From an uncultured Mycobacteriaceae bacterium (GTDB lineage Bacteria > Pseudomonadota > Alphaproteobacteria > DSM-16000 > Inquilinaceae), in assembly GCA_964613585.1 (NCBI GenBank), contig CAZTHL010000008.1, positions 8,874 through 72,873 of the forward strand: 64,000 nt of DNA. Reading direction: 5' to 3'. Positions 1 to 10,532 of this stretch are shown one piece after another. The notes under the pieces are model-generated. The model worked only from the letters and a program-made list of their open reading frames with translations, was not told the origin of the DNA and made no database searches. The position numbers and the translations under genes were made by a program. The first letter of the stretch is position 1, and each line of letters starts with the position of its first letter.

Positions 1-94
1 GCGACCGGGGCCTCCGCCGTCCGCTCGGGCCAGCGCGCAGGCGCCGGCCGGAGCTCGACGTCGTGCCGCTTCGCTTGCGTCGATCTCCGGGAGC

Positions 95-796
95 CTATTT
101 CGACTGCCCGTGGATCGGTCCGTAGTACGCCTCGACCGTCTCCATGGTCTGGTCGCTGTCCGACATGATCGCGACGATCCGGGCCGGCTCGGGCGGCTTC
201 CGTCCAAAGGCACGCTCGAAGTCCCGGGCGAGGTCGCGCGTCTCCTCGACCCAGCGCCCGAGATCCCCGCTCCCTTGGCGCAGCACGATGGTGCGCACGC
301 GCTCAGGGAAGCGCGGGCTGGCGATGACCGTGCCCGGGGGCACCGGGGTGGCCGTCCAGGCGTAGATCAGGGTCGGCACCTGGCGGTCGAGCAGGGTCGG
401 CTTGCCGAACAGGAAAAATATTGCGGCGGCGAAATCCTCGCTTTCCCGGGCACGCAGGTCGGCGCTCGGCTGCAGCCGGTCAACGCGCCAATGCCAGCGG
501 ACCACCGGAAAGCGCTCCGGATCAAGGTCGATCTCCCGATAGAGCAGAGAGGCCGAATCACGGCCGCGGGCGCGGATCGCCGGGCGGCCGTCGACCACGG
601 CGCGGCTGAAGCGGGTCTCCGCATGGAAGTCACGGCGCTTCCACGCCGTATCCAGCGGGGCCGTCGGGTCGGTCAGGGCGATGCTGCCGGCCGCCGAGCC
701 CGGTCCGGCGACGCCGCCCGACAGGCTCGCCGCCAGGAGGATCACCACCGCCGCGCGCCGCCACGCCACTCGCCCGTGTCTCGGTCTGCCGTGCAT
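95..796 (-). CDS. Secreted DUF3047-like protein (family assignment tentative)
   Basis: ORF 95..868. The internal ATG at 796 precedes a signal-like N-terminus (RRAAVVILLAASLSGGVAGPGSAAG). The body has DUF3047-like strings (WHWRVDRL, EDFAAAIFFLFG). Start is uncertain. Confidence 0.5.
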   Translation of the reverse strand: MHGRPRHGRVAWRRAAVVILLAASLSGGVAGPGSAAGSIALTDPTAPLDTAWKRRDFHAETRFSRAVVDGRPAIRARGRDSASLLYREIDLDPERFPVVRWHWRVDRLQPSADLRARESEDFAAAIFFLFGKPTLLDRQVPTLIYAWTATPVPPGTVIASPRFPERVRTIVLRQGSGDLGRWVEETRDLARDFERAFGRKPPEPARIVAIMSDSDQTMETVEAYYGPIHGQSK

Positions 797-1038
797 CGCT
801 TCCCGCCTCCGTCCGCGTCCACCACGCCCCGTTCCGACATCTCCTGGGCGGAAAGGTGGCGGACGCATCCGGTCACCGGCCAGTCAGGATCCGGTGAGGC
901 CTGGGCGACGGGGTTGGCTCGTGCCCGTCCGGTCGAGACGCGCGCCCGGCCGTGATCCCATCACGACCGCCAGCCCGACCGCCGAGCTGGCAAGGTGGCG
1001 GGGCGGGTCGCCGCCATCCGTCGCCCGCAGGAAAGGCT

Positions 1039-1168
1039 CTACAGTGTTTTCGCCTGACGCGGAGTCGGCACTGTCCCGCTCCCTCGCCCGGCCACGCCAA
1101 GCATGCCGTCGTAGGGTGACCGGGCGGGAGAGCGGGACGGCGATGCCACTTGAGCCGAACACGCCCTA
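1039..1168 (+). repeat. MITE/REP-like palindromic repeat, copy A (full length)
   Basis: CTACAGTGTTTTCGCCTGACGCGGAGTCGGCAC...GGCGATGCCACTTGAGCCGAACACGCCCTA aligns by eye with copies at 2638, 16342, 22993, 35435, 36261 and 63033. The terminal CTA (1166-1168) is the TAG stop of the TAXI gene. Confidence 0.8.
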
Positions 1169-2239
1169 ACCAGGCCGATGCAGCCACGCGTCGGCGTCGA
1201 TCCGCTGCGGCGGAACCACGGGCAGCGCGCCGGTCGGCCCCCGTCGGGCCTCGTAAAAGGCTTCGACCGCCGGGTGCCAGGCGATCGCGGGGTCCCTCAG
1301 GCCGACGACGAGCGGCACCGGCACGGCGAGAACGTCGCCCAGGCTGGTGCTCAGCGCGACATCGCCGTGCCAGAGCGCCTGCAGCATCCCGTCGATCAGC
1401 TCCGGATCCGCGTCGATGGTGGTAAGCCAGACCGAGACGATGGCCAAGCCGTCCATCGTGGCGGTCCGGGCGCCGTCGTCGAAGGCCACATGCGTGGGCT
1501 CAAGAAAAGGGTGCGTGCGGGCGATGGCGACGGCGCGCCCGGGATCGATGGGCAGCGTCCTGAGCCCGTCCGTGCGCATGTCGACCGGCAACTCCTTCGT
1601 GTTGAAGGGCGTGAACACGATCGCCGCATCCACCTCCCCGGCGCGCAGCCGGGACACGCCCTCCCAGCTCGGCCCCTCGGTCAGCACGAGATCCGAGAGA
1701 TCGAGACCGTGGCCGTCCAGCAGGAGCTGTCCCAGGTCGCTGGCGCCGGCGCCGAGCTCGGCGAGGAACACCCGCTTTCCTCGCAGGTCGGCGATGCGCT
1801 CGATGCCGGCATCCGACGGCACCAGGATCCGCACAACCTCCGACTTGAAGTAGGCGATCGCCCGAAGATGGCCGTAGCCCGGCTCGTCCTCCAGCGCAGG
1901 GCCGTTCATCATGGCGGTCGCCGTGGACCCGTGGACGAGACCCGAATCGGCCGCTCCGTCGGCCACCATCGCGAGGTTCGCCGCCGAGCTGCCGGTCGAC
2001 TGCACCAGGGCGATCAGCCCCGGGACGCCGCAATTGCCGCCGCGCTCGCACGGCAAGGCTCCCTGCGGCTTGCTGACTGCGTTGGCCAGCCGGGTGCCGA
2101 GATCGAACATCGGTCCGTCGACCGGGCCCGAAGCAATGAAGAAATAGCGCTGCGCGTCCTGCGCCGGGACCCCGGGCAGAACGAGGAGCGTCAGCAGGCC
2201 CGACAACGTCAGCCGCCGAAGGAGCTGCCTCGAACCCAT
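1166..2239 (-). CDS. TAXI-family TRAP transporter solute receptor (orphan; no permease adjacent)
   Basis: ORF 1166..2383. ATG at 2239 gives signal peptide MGSRQLLRRLTLSGLLTLLVLPGVPAQD. The body resembles TAXI/immunogenic-protein receptors (LVQSTGSSAANLAMVADGAADSGLVHG). Confidence 0.7.
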   Translation of the reverse strand: MGSRQLLRRLTLSGLLTLLVLPGVPAQDAQRYFFIASGPVDGPMFDLGTRLANAVSKPQGALPCERGGNCGVPGLIALVQSTGSSAANLAMVADGAADSGLVHGSTATAMMNGPALEDEPGYGHLRAIAYFKSEVVRILVPSDAGIERIADLRGKRVFLAELGAGASDLGQLLLDGHGLDLSDLVLTEGPSWEGVSRLRAGEVDAAIVFTPFNTKELPVDMRTDGLRTLPIDPGRAVAIARTHPFLEPTHVAFDDGARTATMDGLAIVSVWLTTIDADPELIDGMLQALWHGDVALSTSLGDVLAVPVPLVVGLRDPAIAWHPAVEAFYEARRGPTGALPVVPPQRIDADAWLHRPG

Positions 2240-2637
2240 GCGCGACCGGTCCCCTCGCCCGAATGTGCATATCGGCGACGCACGGCGCGCGCCCGCCCCT
2301 GGTCCGATCCTGCCCGTGCCGCCGGCCGGCCCGTGGCCCGGCGGAAACACCGGAGCGCCTTGCGGCACCCTTTCCCCGCACACGCCGACCGCCGTGACTC
2401 AACCACAGGCACAAATCCGCTGCGCCCGAAGGGCAACGCACCCACAGTATATTGGCGAGAGGTTAAGGAAGGCCAGCCCCGCTACTGCACTGCGGGAGAT
2501 TCGCCGAGGCCTGTGCCTTTCCCGCCGCCGTCAGTGGCAGCCGCATCACGATTGCGGAGACGGGCCATGGCCCGGGCGTCGCCGACGCCGTTCCCGCCTG
2601 CGCCGGGTCGCTCCGATGATGTCGGTTCGGCGGCACC

Positions 2638-2770
2638 GCGTCAGGGCGTTTCCGGCCCAAGAGGCATCGCCGGCCCGCTCCCGCGCCCGGCGACCCAACG
2701 ACAGCATGCTCGGGCTGGCCGGGCGAGGGAGCGGGCCGGTGCCGAGTCCGCGTCACGCGGAAACGCTCTA
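2638..2770 (-). repeat. MITE/REP-like repeat, copy B (inverted, full length)
   Basis: GCGTCAGGGCGTTTCCGGCCCAAGAGGCATCGCCGGCCCGCTCCC...GAGTCCGCGTCACGCGGAAACGCTCTA. The terminal CTA (2768-2770) is the TAG stop of lpdA. Confidence 0.85.
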
Positions 2771-4189
2771 GACATGGATCGGCCGGCCGTCGACCGCGAG
2801 CGCAGCCTCCTTCACGGCCTCGTTCAGCGTCGGATGGGCGTGGCAGGTCCGGGCGATGTCCTCGGCCGAGGCGCTGAACTCCATCGCCATGGCGGCCTCG
2901 GCGATCATGGTGCCGGCCTCCGCCCCCAGGATGTGCACGCCGAGCACCCGGTCCGTCTCCGTGTGCGCCAGCACCTTGACAAATCCGTCCGTGGCGTTCA
3001 TGGCGCGCGCCCGGCCATTGGCGGTGAACGGGAACCGACCGACCTTGTAGGGGATGCCGGCGTCGCGCAGCGCCTCCTCCGGCTGGCCGACGGAGGCCAC
3101 CTCGGGGAAGGTGTAGACTACGCCGGGGATCGCCGCATAGTTCACGTGGCCGGCCTGCCCGGCGATGCTCTCGGCCACCGCCACGCCCTCCTCCTCGGCC
3201 TTGTGTGCCAGCATGGGGCCCTGGATGACGTCGCCGATCGCCCAGATCCCGTCGACATTGGTCCGCCAATGACGGTCGGTGGCGACCCGGCCGCGATCGT
3301 CGAGGGTGACGCCGACCGAGGCCAGGCCGAGGGACTCCGTATGCGGACGCCGGCCGATCGCCACCAGGACGATGTCGGTCTCGACCGTCTCCGGCTCGCC
3401 GCCCTGTGCCGGCTCGACGGTAAGGGTGATGCTCTCGTTGCCGAGGCGGGCGTCCGTCACCTTGTTGCCGAGCCGGAAGGAAAGGCCCTGGCGCGCCAGC
3501 ACCTTCTGCATCTGCCGGCCGAGCTCGGCGTCCATGCCGGGCAGGATGCGGTCGAGATACTCGATGACAGTGACCTGCGAGCCCAGGCGCTGCCAGACCG
3601 AGCCCATCTCGAGCCCGATATAGCCTCCGCCGATCACCGCCAGGCGGGGCGGCACCTCGGTCAGCTCGAGCGCACCGGTCGAGGAGACGATGCGCTGCTC
3701 GTCGATGGTGATGCCCGGCAGGGGCATGATGTCCGAGCCGGTGGCGATGACGATGTGCCGCGTCTGGTAGGTCGCGGCGTTGCCGTTGCCGTCGTGCACG
3801 TCGACCCGGCCCGGCGCGGTGATGGTGCCGGTGCCCTTCAGCCAGTCGACATGGTTCTTGCGGAACAGGTACTCGATGCCGGCGACATTGGCCTGCACCA
3901 CCTTGTCCTTGTGCGCCATCAGGGCCGGCAGGTCGAGCGACGCCTCGCCCACCCGGATACCGTAGTCGCCCAGATGATGGCGGGCCTCCTCGAACTTCTC
4001 GGAGCTTTGCAGCAGCGCCTTCGAGGGGATGCAGCCGACATTGAGGCAGGTGCCGCCGAGGGTGGCGCGCTTCTCGACGCAGGCCGTCCGCAGGCCGAGC
4101 TGGGCGGCCCGGATGGCGCAGACATAGCCGCCGGGCCCCGAGCCGATGACGATCACGTCGTAGCCGTTTCCGGAGGAAGAAGCGCTCAT
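2768..4189 (-). CDS. lpdA: Dihydrolipoyl dehydrogenase (E3)
   Basis: 473 aa from the ATG at 4189. FAD motif DVIVIGSGPGGY, redox-active GGTCLNVGCIPSK, NAD motif VIGGGYIGLE, C-terminal HAHPT. Confidence 0.95.
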   Translation of the reverse strand: MSASSSGNGYDVIVIGSGPGGYVCAIRAAQLGLRTACVEKRATLGGTCLNVGCIPSKALLQSSEKFEEARHHLGDYGIRVGEASLDLPALMAHKDKVVQANVAGIEYLFRKNHVDWLKGTGTITAPGRVDVHDGNGNAATYQTRHIVIATGSDIMPLPGITIDEQRIVSSTGALELTEVPPRLAVIGGGYIGLEMGSVWQRLGSQVTVIEYLDRILPGMDAELGRQMQKVLARQGLSFRLGNKVTDARLGNESITLTVEPAQGGEPETVETDIVLVAIGRRPHTESLGLASVGVTLDDRGRVATDRHWRTNVDGIWAIGDVIQGPMLAHKAEEEGVAVAESIAGQAGHVNYAAIPGVVYTFPEVASVGQPEEALRDAGIPYKVGRFPFTANGRARAMNATDGFVKVLAHTETDRVLGVHILGAEAGTMIAEAAMAMEFSASAEDIARTCHAHPTLNEAVKEAALAVDGRPIHV

Positions 4190-4526
4190 TGTTCTTGATC
4201 TCCGTGCTCGCCGGGCGCGGCGGCCGTCGCCGCCGGACCCTAGCCGCAAACGCGCGGACGCGACAAGGGCGGGCTCCGCCGGCGGCGCTCTCAATGATGG
4301 GTCTGGCCGCCCGATTCGGTGGGCGCAGGCGCGCCCTGACGCGGCCCGCCGGCGCGGTGGCCGGGAGCGCGCAGCCGGGCCGGAGCGCCGGCCGTACCCG
4401 GCATGCGCCGGGGCGCCGCGGTGCCCGGATCCGCTCCACGCCGGCCGGTCGACACCGGCTTGCCGGTCGGGCGCCGGCCCTCGGGGAGCGCCCCGGCACC
4501 GGCCACCCGCGGCGGCCCGGCCCGGC

Positions 4527-5555
4527 TCAGCAGATGCGCGGCAGCTGCTCGCCGGCCAGCCAGTCGACGAGGCGGGTGCCGCCGAAGCCGGTCCGAAGCT
4601 GGACCAGCCGGCGCTCGTCCGCGACGACCTCGCCGATCAGCGCGGCGTCCCGGCCCAGAGGGTGCGCGCGCATGGCCTCGAGCAGCCGCGGCGCCCGCTC
4701 GGCCGCGCAGACCGCCACCAGCTTGCCCTCGTTGGCGACGTGCAGCGGATCGAGACCGAGCAGTTCGCAGGCCGCCTCGACGGCCGGGCGCACCGGGATC
4801 GCGGCCTCGTCGAGCAGCATGCCGACGCCCGATTGCTGCGCCAGCTCGTTGAGCGTGGCCGCGAGGCCACCGCGGGTCGGATCGCGCAGGCAGTGCACGT
4901 CCGGCACCGCCTCGACCATGGCGGCGACGAGGCCATGGAGCGCCACGCTGTCGGAGACGATCTCGGTCTCGAAGCTCAGGCTCTCCCGGCGGGACAGCAC
5001 CGCGACGCCGTGGTCGCCGACCGGCCCGTTGATGAGGACGGCGTCGCCCGGCCGGGCGCGGTCGCCGGAGGGTGCCACGCCGGGCGGCACCCGGCCGATG
5101 CCCGTGGTCGTGATGAACACGCCGTCGGCCTTGCCGCGCTCGACCACCTTGGTGTCGCCGGTGACGACGGCCACACCGGCCGCCGCAGCCGCCCCCGCCA
5201 TGGATCGGGCGATCGCCGCCAGCTCGGCCAGCGGCAGCCCCTCCTCCAGGATGAACCCGGCTGAGAGGTAGAGCGGCCGGGCCCCGGCCATGGCCACGTC
5301 GTTGATCGTGCCGTGCACGGCGAGCGAGCCGATGTCGCCGCCCGGGAAGAAGCGCGGCGCGATTACGTAGCTGTCCGTGCTCATGGCCAGGCGGCCGGCG
5401 GGCACCTCGAAGGCCGCCTGATCGTTGCGCGCATCGAGCAGCGGATTGTCGAAGGCCTTCAGGAACAGCTCGTCGACCAGCCGGCTCATGGCCCGGCCGC
5501 CGCCACCGTGGGTCAGTTCCACGCGCCCGTGGGCGAGGTCGAGCCCGGCCGCCAC
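4527..5555 (-). CDS. hypE: Hydrogenase maturation carbamoyl dehydratase HypE
   Basis: AIR-synthase-like body, N-terminal LTHGGGG and the diagnostic C-terminal PRIC. No in-frame ATG is in a sensible place. The GTG at 5555 (342 aa) sits 15 nt after the hypD stop. Confidence 0.88.
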   Translation of the reverse strand: MAAGLDLAHGRVELTHGGGGRAMSRLVDELFLKAFDNPLLDARNDQAAFEVPAGRLAMSTDSYVIAPRFFPGGDIGSLAVHGTINDVAMAGARPLYLSAGFILEEGLPLAELAAIARSMAGAAAAAGVAVVTGDTKVVERGKADGVFITTTGIGRVPPGVAPSGDRARPGDAVLINGPVGDHGVAVLSRRESLSFETEIVSDSVALHGLVAAMVEAVPDVHCLRDPTRGGLAATLNELAQQSGVGMLLDEAAIPVRPAVEAACELLGLDPLHVANEGKLVAVCAAERAPRLLEAMRAHPLGRDAALIGEVVADERRLVQLRTGFGGTRLVDWLAGEQLPRIC

Positions 5556-5569
5556 GGCTCGGCCCGCCC

Positions 5570-6703
5570 CTACTCGGCGGCCTCGCCCGGACGGGCGCGG
5601 CCGTACTGGTAATGGGCGGCGCAGGCGCCCTCCGGGGACACCATGCAGGCGCCGACGGGATGGTCCGGCGTGCAGCCGGTGGCGAAGATGCGGCACTCGG
5701 CCGGCCGCTTGACGCCGCGCAGCACCTCGCCGCAGGCGCAGGCCGGGTGATCCGGCACCCGGCGGTATCGGCTGTCGAAGCGCCGCTCGGCGTCATAGCC
5801 GCCGTAGGCCGGGCGGATCGCCAGCGCGCTGTCCGGGATCGTGCCGAGGCCGCGCCAGTCGAACCGCGCGCTCCGCTCGAACACCCGCTCGACCAGCCGC
5901 TGCGCCTTGACGTTGCCGTCCCGGTCGACCGCGCGGATGTACTGGTTCTCCACCTCGGCCCGCTGGCCGTTGAGCTGGCGCACCAGCATCAGCGTGGCTT
6001 GCAGAATGTCGAGAGGCTCGAACCCGGCCACGACGATCGGCGTGCGATGATCGCGGGCGAGGCGCTCGTAGAGCGCAGTGCCGGTGATCGTGCTGACGTG
6101 GCCGGGCCCGATGATGCCGTCCACCCGGATCGGCTCGCCGTCCCCGGGCGAGCCCGCCAGGATAGCGGCCACCGCGGGCGGGGTCAGCACATGGTTGGCG
6201 AGCACGCTGAAGTTGGCGAGGCCGAGCGCGTCGGCCTGCAGGATGGCCGCCGCGGTGGTCGGCGCGGTGGTCTCGAAGCCGATGGCGAGGAGCACCACCT
6301 CGCGGTCGGGCCGCGCCCGCGCCACGGCCAGGGCGTCGGCGCTGCCATACACGGTGCGGATGTCGGCGCCGGCCGCCTTGGCCTTGAGCAGGCTGAGCCG
6401 GCGCGACGCCGGCACCCGCATCATGTCGCCGTAGGCGCACAGGATCACCCCACGCGCCAGCGCCAGCTCGATGGCCTGGTCGAGCCGGCCCACCGGCAGG
6501 ACGCATACGGGGCAGCCGGGGCCATGGGTGTACTCGACCTGGCGCGGCACCAGCTCGCTCAGCCCGTAGCGGCAGATGCCGTGGGTATGCCCGCCGCAGA
6601 ACTCCATGATCCGGTAGTCGCGGCTCGGGTCGGCCTCGGCGGCGATCGCCCGCGCCACCCGCCGGGCCGCAGCGGCGTCACGGAACTCGCTGACATACTT
6701 CAC
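5570..6703 (-). CDS. hypD: Hydrogenase maturation protein HypD
   Basis: VKYVSEFRD N-terminus, CGGHTH, GPGCPVCV, GFETTAP motifs. GTG start at 6703 overlaps the hypF TGA (GTGA). 377 aa. Confidence 0.93.
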   Translation of the reverse strand: MKYVSEFRDAAAARRVARAIAAEADPSRDYRIMEFCGGHTHGICRYGLSELVPRQVEYTHGPGCPVCVLPVGRLDQAIELALARGVILCAYGDMMRVPASRRLSLLKAKAAGADIRTVYGSADALAVARARPDREVVLLAIGFETTAPTTAAAILQADALGLANFSVLANHVLTPPAVAAILAGSPGDGEPIRVDGIIGPGHVSTITGTALYERLARDHRTPIVVAGFEPLDILQATLMLVRQLNGQRAEVENQYIRAVDRDGNVKAQRLVERVFERSARFDWRGLGTIPDSALAIRPAYGGYDAERRFDSRYRRVPDHPACACGEVLRGVKRPAECRIFATGCTPDHPVGACMVSPEGACAAHYQYGRARPGEAAE

Positions 6704-9009
6704 GGCATGGCCTCCGCTGCGGAGAGCAGGATGGGCGAGCAGGCGGCAACCCAGGCCTGGCCCAGGCTCAGCCCGCCGTCGTTGGGCGGCGCCTGGCAGG
6801 CGGTCAGGGCACGGATCCCGGCGGCGGCGAAGCCATCGGCCAGCAGCTCCGCCAGCACGCGATTGCCGAGGCAGCCCCCGGACAGCAGCACGACCGGCGG
6901 GTCCGCGGGCTGCCGGGCCGCGAGCGTCCAGTCGACCAGCGCGGCGGCAAGCGTGCCGTGAAACAGATCCGCGCCATCGGCCGGGTCCCGGTCGACGAGC
7001 GCCCCGAGCAGCGGCAGCAGGTCGAGCCGATGGCCGTCGAGCCGGCGCCAGCCGCCCTCGAGCCGCCGCGGCGCGCGGACCAGGGATTCCAGCACCATCG
7101 GCGCCTCGCCCTCGTATCCGGCGACCGGGCGGACCCCGAGGATGCCGCAGGCGGCGTCGAACAGCCGGCCGCAGGAGCTGGTCGGCGGCGCGTTGACGCC
7201 GCGGCGCAGCAGCTCCGCCACGCCCTCGGCCGGGCCGAAGCGGCCGAGGCGCGGCCCGATCTCCTCGGCGCGCCCGAGCGCGTGCAGGGCCGCCGCCGCC
7301 ATGCGCCAGGGCTGCCGGGCCGCCGCGTCGCCGCCCGGCTGCGCCAGCGGCGCCAGATGACCGACCCGCTCGAACACCGCGCCGTCGACACGCAGCAGCT
7401 CGCCGCCCCAAAGCCCGCCGTCGGCGCCGAGGCCGAAGCCGTCGAGCGCCAGGCCCAGCACCGGCTCGTCCAGGCCGTGCTCGGCGGCGATGGCGGCGAC
7501 ATGGGCGTGGTGATGCTGGACCGCCACCGTGGGCAGCCCGCTCGCCTCGGCAAGGCGCGTCGTCGCCAGATCGGGATGCCGGTCGTGCGCCACGGCGACC
7601 GGGGCGACCTCGAGAATCGAGCGCAGACGCGCCACGGTCTCCTCAAGGAAGCCGAGGGTCGCGGCGTTGTCCATGTCGCCGACATGCGGGGACAGGAAGG
7701 CCTCGTCGCCGCGGGTCAGGCATACGGTCACCTTGAGGTGCCCGCCCACGGCCAGCACGGGCGGGACGGCGCGCGGCAGGCGGATCGCCCGGGGCACGTG
7801 GCCCCGGGCCCGGCGCAGCGGCACCATGGTGGACCCGATCCGGCGCACCACGCTGTCATCGGTGCGCGCCAGGATCGGCCGGTCGTGATCGGCCACCGCG
7901 TCGGCGATGCCGCCGAGCCGGCGCTCCGCCTCGGCGCCGTCGACGACCAGGGGCTCGCCGCCTGGATTGGCGCTGGTCATGACCAGGATCAGATCCTGCG
8001 GCCGCTCCAGCCAGGCAGTGCCGTTTGGCCGTCCGGCCGCCTCGTGGAACAGCAGGTAGTGAAGCGGCGTGTACGGCAGCATGACCCCCAGCCAGGCGAG
8101 GTCGGGCGCGACCTCCCCGGAGACGCGCCCCGACGGGCATTCCGGCCGCCGCCGCAGCAGGACCACCGGCCGGGCCGGGCCGGCCAGCGCGTCCTCCTCC
8201 AGCGGATCGATCTCGGCCAGCCGACCCGCGCTTTCCCGATTGGCCACCATGACGGCGAACGGCTTGCCGTCACGCTGCTTGCGCCGGCGGAGCCGTGCCA
8301 CGGCGGCCGCGTTGCCGGCGTCGCAGGCGAGGTGGAAGCCGCCCAGCCCCTTGATCGCGACGATCTCGCCGCGCCCAAGACGGCTCACGATCTCGGCCAC
8401 CGGCATGGACAGGACCGGACCGCAGGCCGGGCAGGCGGTGGGCTGGGCGTGGAAGCGCCGGTCCGCCGGGTCGGCGTATTCCAACGCGCAGGCGGCGCAC
8501 ATCGGAAAGCCGGCCATGGCGGTCGACGGCCGGTCGTAGGGCAGGGACCGGGTGATTGTCCAGCGCGGCCCGCAATGGGTGCAGTTGAGGAAAGGGTAGC
8601 GATAGCGCCGGTCCGCCGGGTCGAGCAGCTCGGCCAGACAGTCCAGGCAGACGGCGGCATCGGGGGTGACCGCGGCGGTCACGACGGCACCGGCCGCGCT
8701 GTCGGCGATGACGAAGCCGGCGCCCGGCGGCTCCCCGGCCGGCACCGTCTCGGCCTGGATCCGGTCGATCCGCGCGAGCGGCGGCGCCTCCACGGGCAGA
8801 TCGTCGAGAAAGGCGGCGCAGGACGCGCCTTCGATCTCCAACAGGACGCCGTCGGCGTCGTTGCGGACCCAACCGCCGAGGCCGTGGCGCCGCGCGAGGC
8901 CGTAGACATAGGGCCGAAAGCCGACGCCCTGGACCAGCCCGCGCACGCGCACGCGAAGACGCGGGGCCCCGAGGGCCCTGCCGGCTGCCGGCTCCATTGC
9001 CTCCGCCAT
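6700..9009 (-). CDS. hypF: Carbamoyltransferase HypF
   Basis: Acylphosphatase-like N-terminus (VRGLVQGVGFRPYVY), paired Zn-finger CxxC motifs (CLDCLAEL, CTHCGPRW, CAACALEY, CPACGP), YrdC- and Kae1-like regions. ATG at 9009 (alternative at 8997). Confidence 0.95.
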   Translation of the reverse strand: MAEAMEPAAGRALGAPRLRVRVRGLVQGVGFRPYVYGLARRHGLGGWVRNDADGVLLEIEGASCAAFLDDLPVEAPPLARIDRIQAETVPAGEPPGAGFVIADSAAGAVVTAAVTPDAAVCLDCLAELLDPADRRYRYPFLNCTHCGPRWTITRSLPYDRPSTAMAGFPMCAACALEYADPADRRFHAQPTACPACGPVLSMPVAEIVSRLGRGEIVAIKGLGGFHLACDAGNAAAVARLRRRKQRDGKPFAVMVANRESAGRLAEIDPLEEDALAGPARPVVLLRRRPECPSGRVSGEVAPDLAWLGVMLPYTPLHYLLFHEAAGRPNGTAWLERPQDLILVMTSANPGGEPLVVDGAEAERRLGGIADAVADHDRPILARTDDSVVRRIGSTMVPLRRARGHVPRAIRLPRAVPPVLAVGGHLKVTVCLTRGDEAFLSPHVGDMDNAATLGFLEETVARLRSILEVAPVAVAHDRHPDLATTRLAEASGLPTVAVQHHHAHVAAIAAEHGLDEPVLGLALDGFGLGADGGLWGGELLRVDGAVFERVGHLAPLAQPGGDAAARQPWRMAAAALHALGRAEEIGPRLGRFGPAEGVAELLRRGVNAPPTSSCGRLFDAACGILGVRPVAGYEGEAPMVLESLVRAPRRLEGGWRRLDGHRLDLLPLLGALVDRDPADGADLFHGTLAAALVDWTLAARQPADPPVVLLSGGCLGNRVLAELLADGFAAAGIRALTACQAPPNDGGLSLGQAWVAACSPILLSAAEAMP

Positions 9010-9169
9010 GCTCCGCCGCGATCCTTCCTGGACGAGTGCCGCCCTGTTCCGGCGCAGCCGCCGACGAGCACCCACCCTAAACTCAGGTTAGTCTTTGCTC
9101 GCCCCGCACCGCAAAAGCAGCGCTGTGACTGTCTTGTGCCGATGGTCGCCAAATTAAAAGAAAAGGACG

Positions 9170-9218
9170 TTGATGTGTATCAACGTGGCACGGCAACTCA
9201 TGGGCTTTTATGGATCAT
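9170..9218 (+). promoter_or_regulatory. Candidate class II FNR/FixK-dependent promoter of the hydrogenase operon
   Basis: Perfect TTGATGTGTATCAA (TTGAT-N4-ATCAA) at 9170-9183. TTTTAT at 9206-9211 puts the box centre at about -41.5 relative to a predicted start near 9218. It lies in a locally AT-rich divergent intergenic region. Confidence 0.55.
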
Positions 9219-9389
9219 TATGTCGGAAACAAGCAGACGTCGGGGCACAAGACTTGAGCCGCCGGGGGCGGTGGCATCCGGGGATGCCGAGCATCCCGGC
9301 GCCGCGCCCCGGCCCGGCCACCGCCACCGTGCCCTGCCGCCCCGATGGCGGGCCCGACGGCGCCCGCCGAAGTGACGGAGCAGGCCCCG

Positions 9390-10531
<1,142 letters not shown>

Positions 10532-10532
<1 letters not shown>

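Noticed and set aside
1178-4198. Very long ORFs antisense to or overlapping real genes, for example 1178..4198 (+), 2463..4499 (-), 17876..20674 (+), 42512..44818 (-), 54653..58321 (-) and 48877..51072 (+).
   Set aside because: These are typical stop-codon-poor shadow frames of a very GC-rich genome. Their translations are Arg/Pro/Gly/Ala-rich with no recognisable motifs. In each case the opposite or alternative frame carries a clearly homologous protein.
5556-5696. Upstream extensions of the hyp and other ORFs in the track: hypE to 5696, hypD to 7411, hypF to 9075, ATPase-2 to 57738, MCP to 62423.
   Set aside because: The extensions overlap the preceding gene or repeat DNA and lack homology. 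Internal ATG or GTG starts give family-typical lengths and N-terminal motifs.
9185-9201. TGGCACGGCAACTCA next to the FNR box as a possible sigma-54 (-24/-12) promoter.
   Set aside because: The GG is present, but the GC element is not at the required GG-N10-GC spacing, and the TTGC(A/T) -12 consensus is absent.
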